The notes beneath the pieces are model-generated. The model was not told the origin of the DNA. It saw nothing but the letters and a program-made list of their open reading frames with translations, and did no database searches. From NCBI GenBank assembly GCA_965237415.1, contig CBDEFM010000002.1, forward strand, positions 1,888,001-1,952,000: a stretch of DNA of 64,000 bases. Reading direction: 5' to 3'. Shown here piece by piece: positions 61,114 through 64,000 of the stretch. A program made the translations under genes and the position numbers. Within the stretch, counting starts at the first letter, position 1. Each line of letters begins with the position of its first letter. The stretch comes from Alphaproteobacteria bacterium (lineage in GTDB: Bacteria > Pseudomonadota > Alphaproteobacteria > UBA828).

Positions 61114-63099
61114 TCATGCGGAGACACCATCGTCCGCCTTGCCATCGTAGCGCAGCACGACGCATGTGATGTCGTCCGACTGCTCTGCCTCGCCAACGAA
61201 CTTTACCACCGCACTGGTCACGTTCGTGAGCACGACGTCGACAGGCAGGTCGTGGCCATCTGCGAGAACTTCCTCCAGACGCGCCTCGGTGAACTCCTCG
61301 TTGTCCACGTTCATGGCTTCGGTGATGCCGTCCGTGTAGAGGAACATCGTGTCTCCCGGAGCCATCGTCACCGCGTCTTCGTTGTAGGGCAATCCGGGCA
61401 TGACGCCGACGGCCATGCCCCCGGTCATCGGCAGCGGCGCGACCTCGCCGGGGCGCCGGACCACGAACGGGGGGTTGTGCCCGGCGTTGGCATAGATGAA
61501 CTCGCCAGAGTCGGGGTCCAGGATGCCGTAGAACAGCGTCACGAACAGGTCTTGAGGGTTCTGCTCGCAGATGGCGTCGTTGACCTCTTGCAGGCAGGGG
61601 CCCGGGGTGGGATGCCGGGCTGCGGCGGCGCGCATCACGGTCCGCGCAATCGCCATAAAGAACGCCGCCGGCACGCCCTTGCCGGAGACATCTGCCATGA
61701 CCACGCTCAGGCGGCCGTCGCCCAAAGTGAAGAAGTCGTAGAAGTCGCCGCCCATCTCGCGCGCGGGAGTCATGAGCGCGTGCCCCGAATAGGTCGGATT
61801 TTCCGGCATCGTCTTGGGCAAGATCGCTCCCTGCAGGGCATGCGCGATCTTGAGCTCGGACTCCATGCGCTCTTTTGCCCGTTCGAGCTGCGCGTTCGAT
61901 GCCTCCAGGTCCCGCGTGCGTGCGCGCACCATGCTTTCCAGATATTCCTCGCGCGCCTGGACCTGGCGCACCATGTTCTGGAACACGCGGACCAGCGTGC
62001 CGAGCTCGTCGCGCCGGGCGGCCACGGTGTCGAGAGTCTCCGGGGCGAAGCTCAGCGTGTCGGTGTCCACTTCCGCTGCCGCCGCGGTCAACGCCGTGAC
62101 CGGCTGCACGATGCGCCGCGCGGACAGTGCTGCAATGACGGAACCGATGGCGAAGGCCGCCGCCGCGACAATCAGTCCATACTTGATGTGATCCGCGAAC
62201 AACTGATCCAGGTGATCGCGCTGCATGTGAATAACGGCAGCGCCCGTGGCGACGCCGCCGCGGTCGAGAATCGGCGCGGCCACATGGAGGGCGCTGTCGC
62301 CGAGATAGGACATGGCGCCGTCCACACCCAGTGCACGCGTGGCAAGCTCTTCGTCTTCGGTTGAGAGCGTCGCGTCCGACATGGGCACGCCCTTGCTCTC
62401 AAATGCGGCCATGCCGATCAAATCGAGCAGGTCGTTGACCACCCAGATCGCCCGGATGGCCTCGCGCCCGGCCAGCGAGTCCAGCGCGGCTTCGATACCG
62501 ATGATTTCGCCCGGACCGCCGGTCTTGGCTGCCAGCGTGCCGACCAGCACGGATTCGTGGCTGCCGGCGCGAACGCCCACATACCGGATGGGCTTTTCCC
62601 ACCCCTTTGGCGGGATCGACTGGAAGGAAATGGAGAAGCGGCGGCCGGAGACCAGCGCCTCCACGACTCGGGAATCGATACCGGCGGACGCCAGATCCGA
62701 GGGGTCGCCCTCGCTCAGGCCGTCGACGGCACGCACCAGCGGCTCACCGCCTTCGCCCAGCAGCCAGATGTCATCGACGGAGCTATCCGCCGTCAGTCGC
62801 GCGAAATAGGCCCCGAGAGCGTCGTCGCCTCCCTCCTCGTGCTCGTGATTTTCGAGGTGGCTGGCGATCGCCAGCGCCTGTGCCTCCATCTGACTGATGA
62901 TCATGCGGTCGATCGCGTCGGCGGTGAGTTCGGCCCGGTTGGCTTCGCTCGCGATAAGCCCGGCAACGAGCCGCGCCTGGTCTTCGGCCTGCTCGATCAG
63001 CGCGTCGCGCGCGAGATAGCCCATCGCCAAGGCGACCCCCGCGATTGCCACGCCGACGCACGCGGCAACCGTGATGATCAGGCGTCGAGAGAGGGTCAA
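61114..63099 (-). CDS. Membrane sensor HAMP-SpoIIE (PP2C, RsbU-like) phosphatase
   Basis: Two TM segments flanking a periplasmic region, RRDELG.L HAMP, GGDFYDF, DVSGKG, YTDGITEA, SDDIT. Confidence 0.92.
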   Translation of the reverse strand: MTLSRRLIITVAACVGVAIAGVALAMGYLARDALIEQAEDQARLVAGLIASEANRAELTADAIDRMIISQMEAQALAIASHLENHEHEEGGDDALGAYFARLTADSSVDDIWLLGEGGEPLVRAVDGLSEGDPSDLASAGIDSRVVEALVSGRRFSISFQSIPPKGWEKPIRYVGVRAGSHESVLVGTLAAKTGGPGEIIGIEAALDSLAGREAIRAIWVVNDLLDLIGMAAFESKGVPMSDATLSTEDEELATRALGVDGAMSYLGDSALHVAAPILDRGGVATGAAVIHMQRDHLDQLFADHIKYGLIVAAAAFAIGSVIAALSARRIVQPVTALTAAAAEVDTDTLSFAPETLDTVAARRDELGTLVRVFQNMVRQVQAREEYLESMVRARTRDLEASNAQLERAKERMESELKIAHALQGAILPKTMPENPTYSGHALMTPAREMGGDFYDFFTLGDGRLSVVMADVSGKGVPAAFFMAIARTVMRAAAARHPTPGPCLQEVNDAICEQNPQDLFVTLFYGILDPDSGEFIYANAGHNPPFVVRRPGEVAPLPMTGGMAVGVMPGLPYNEDAVTMAPGDTMFLYTDGITEAMNVDNEEFTEARLEEVLADGHDLPVDVVLTNVTSAVVKFVGEAEQSDDITCVVLRYDGKADDGVSA

Positions 63100-63154
63100 C
63101 GGCGGCGTCCCGCAATGCTGTACGCCCGATGCCAGAGCCGGGCGCGGGGCGCTG

Positions 63155-63832
63155 TCACGGCAGCGGGCCCCCGGTGAGGTCGGTGGTCTCCTCCAGCGGC
63201 CGGTGCACGCGCCGCTTGATGTGGCTGCTGAGCCTGTTCATGCCGAACGTCAATAGGAGGCTGAACCCGATGAACCAGATCATAGCCCAGAGATAGACCC
63301 AGAGCGCGAGCCCGATCTTGTCGACGGCGCCGATGACCGTATCCGCCCGGCGCACGAGTTCCGGCACACCGATCACCGAGGCGGTGCTGGAGGCCATGAC
63401 GATGATGAGGAAATAGCTGGTCCAGGCCGGCACGAAGAGCAGCGCCTCCGCCATTTCGTGGCGTCGCAAGTGCCGGATCGCGACGAGCGCGTTGTCGGAC
63501 ACATAGCCGGCGACGGCGATTCCCAGCGCGAGCGACGCCTTGATCCATGCCGGGAACGTCGCGGAGGCGCCGAAGAGCGTGATTTCGGTGGGGATGATGT
63601 AGGCCAGATAGAACAGCATGACGAACGTCGGCGCATTGCGCGCCAGTGTCGTCAGCCCGCTGCCGCCATGCCGCGCGCCCCAGTTGGAACCTTCCCGCAG
63701 CGAGGCAAGCGCTAGCCCGACGATCGTCCCGATCGCCATGGCGAGCAGGGAGACGATGATGTTCCAGCCGAATCCCTCCGCCAGATAGGGCGACCAGACC
63801 CAGAGGACGTCGATGGTCTCACGCGCCGTCAT
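63155..63832 (-). CDS. Polar amino acid ABC transporter permease
   Basis: HisM-like pattern: RNAPT, SSTASVIGVPEL; ATGA overlap with upstream permease. Confidence 0.8.
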   Translation of the reverse strand: MTARETIDVLWVWSPYLAEGFGWNIIVSLLAMAIGTIVGLALASLREGSNWGARHGGSGLTTLARNAPTFVMLFYLAYIIPTEITLFGASATFPAWIKASLALGIAVAGYVSDNALVAIRHLRRHEMAEALLFVPAWTSYFLIIVMASSTASVIGVPELVRRADTVIGAVDKIGLALWVYLWAMIWFIGFSLLLTFGMNRLSSHIKRRVHRPLEETTDLTGGPLP

Positions 63833-64000
63833 GGTCGCGAGGCCCTGCTCTTCTCAAACCGCCGGAAGAGCTGCACCGTGATGATGACCAGGACGAAGTA
63901 GCAGATCAGAAGCAGATTCATCATCACGTCGGCATTGCCCTTTTCCGCCACGATCGAGGTGCTGGCGTGAACGAGCTCCGGCAGGGCGAGCGTGCTGGCC
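63829..64000 (-). CDS. Polar amino acid ABC transporter permease, 3' end only
   Basis: Hand translation ...ASTLALPELVHASTSIVAEKGNADVMMNLLLICYFVLVIITVQLFRRFEKSRASRP*. Confidence 0.7.
   Translation of the reverse strand, partial: ASTLALPELVHASTSIVAEKGNADVMMNLLLICYFVLVIITVQLFRRFEKSRASRP

Overview
High-GC (about 70% by eye) alphaproteobacterial chromosome segment, judged from Irr, the type-B L36 gene and the bamE/cbp3-yceD-rpmF-plsX-fabH-ihfA-merR gene order. The centre is housekeeping: rpoD-dnaG-yqeY, carAB-greA, thrS-infC-rpmI-rplT-pheST-lepA, tRNA-Ser(GGA), the fatty-acid/IHF operon, hppA, rpmJ and glcDEF. The left arm is accessory catabolism and iron homeostasis: a PotC/PotD-like transporter with a histamine-dehydrogenase-like flavoenzyme, a CoA transferase with a carboxyltransferase, ilvA, an orphan CoxL-like Mo subunit, a serine hydrolase, rubrerythrin-irr, a Mo oxidoreductase, an Fe3+ ABC transporter and an amidase. 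The right end is a signalling cluster: STAS protein, single-Cys OxyR-like LysR, HAMP-SpoIIE phosphatase and amino-acid ABC permeases. I saw no transposase, integrase, CRISPR array or rRNA. The least explained signals are non-coding or tiny: (i) a family of roughly 55-110 bp multi-hairpin elements (3 copies, one nested in another palindromic repeat); (ii) a disrupted small ORF with two leader-peptide-like cassettes below a perfect LysR-type palindrome; (iii) five helically phased GYGGGA repeats followed by a degenerate tandem repeat; (iv) an Irr box overlapping irr's own stop codon. All family assignments come from motif recognition by eye; no searches were run.
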